Positions 63,921 to 64,000 of a DNA stretch of 64,000 bases are shown in pieces. The DNA lies in the NCBI GenBank assembly GCA_963719315.1, contig CAVRBU010000002.1, forward strand, positions 1,920,001 to 1,984,000, in the 5' to 3' direction. Below the pieces are notes generated by a model that saw only the letters and a program-made list of their open reading frames with translations, had not been told where the DNA came from and made no database searches. The translations under genes were made by a program, and so were the position numbers. This DNA comes from an uncultured Planctomycetota bacterium (GTDB lineage Bacteria > Planctomycetota > Planctomycetia > Pirellulales > Lacipirellulaceae). How positions within the stretch are numbered: the first letter of the stretch is position 1; each line of letters starts with the position of its first letter.

Positions 63921-64000
63921 CGACACGGCACCCGGAAATACCTGCTGCCGGTGTCCGCGTCAGCCCCACCTGCTCTTGACGGTGCGCCAGCATACCGCGT

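Overview
This is a GC-rich bacterial chromosomal segment, very probably from a planctomycete. The evidence is a PVC small basic protein, three proteins with the planctomycete '(L)ExLExRxxL' export motif, an ECF sigma/Ser-Thr kinase pair, and Uma2, DUF1844 and PQQ-propeller genes. The core backbone carries pyrG, a fabF-like gene, fusA, fumC, trpC-cutA, a rhaB-like kinase, xdhABC, tadA, cdsA and phoH-HDIG-ybeY-hemolysin. At least 12 genes contain indel frameshifts, including fusA and cdsA, most plausibly long-read assembly errors. There are three accessory segments. (1) About 12.7-22.75 kb holds an adhesin-like gene, an ECF sigma, a Ser/Thr kinase and a complete IS21 with a 6-bp target duplication, bracketed by a 29-bp direct repeat. 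(2) About 49.0-52.7 kb holds an AT-richer gene whose product combines a restriction S-subunit(TRD)-like region, a coiled coil and a HEPN-like RxxxxH domain. It sits between two inverted copies of a ~300-bp non-coding repeat, one split by an IS630; a third copy marks the edge of segment 1. (3) About 56.5-58.2 kb holds two PEP-CTERM genes. Also notable are a Kdo/WaaP-type kinase fused to a GT2-like domain lacking its DxD motif, several enzymes ending in -AA, and a heptamer-repeat hairpin lying in frame within a methyltransferase gene. No rRNA, tRNA or CRISPR array was recognised. All family calls come from motif recognition by eye; no database search was run.
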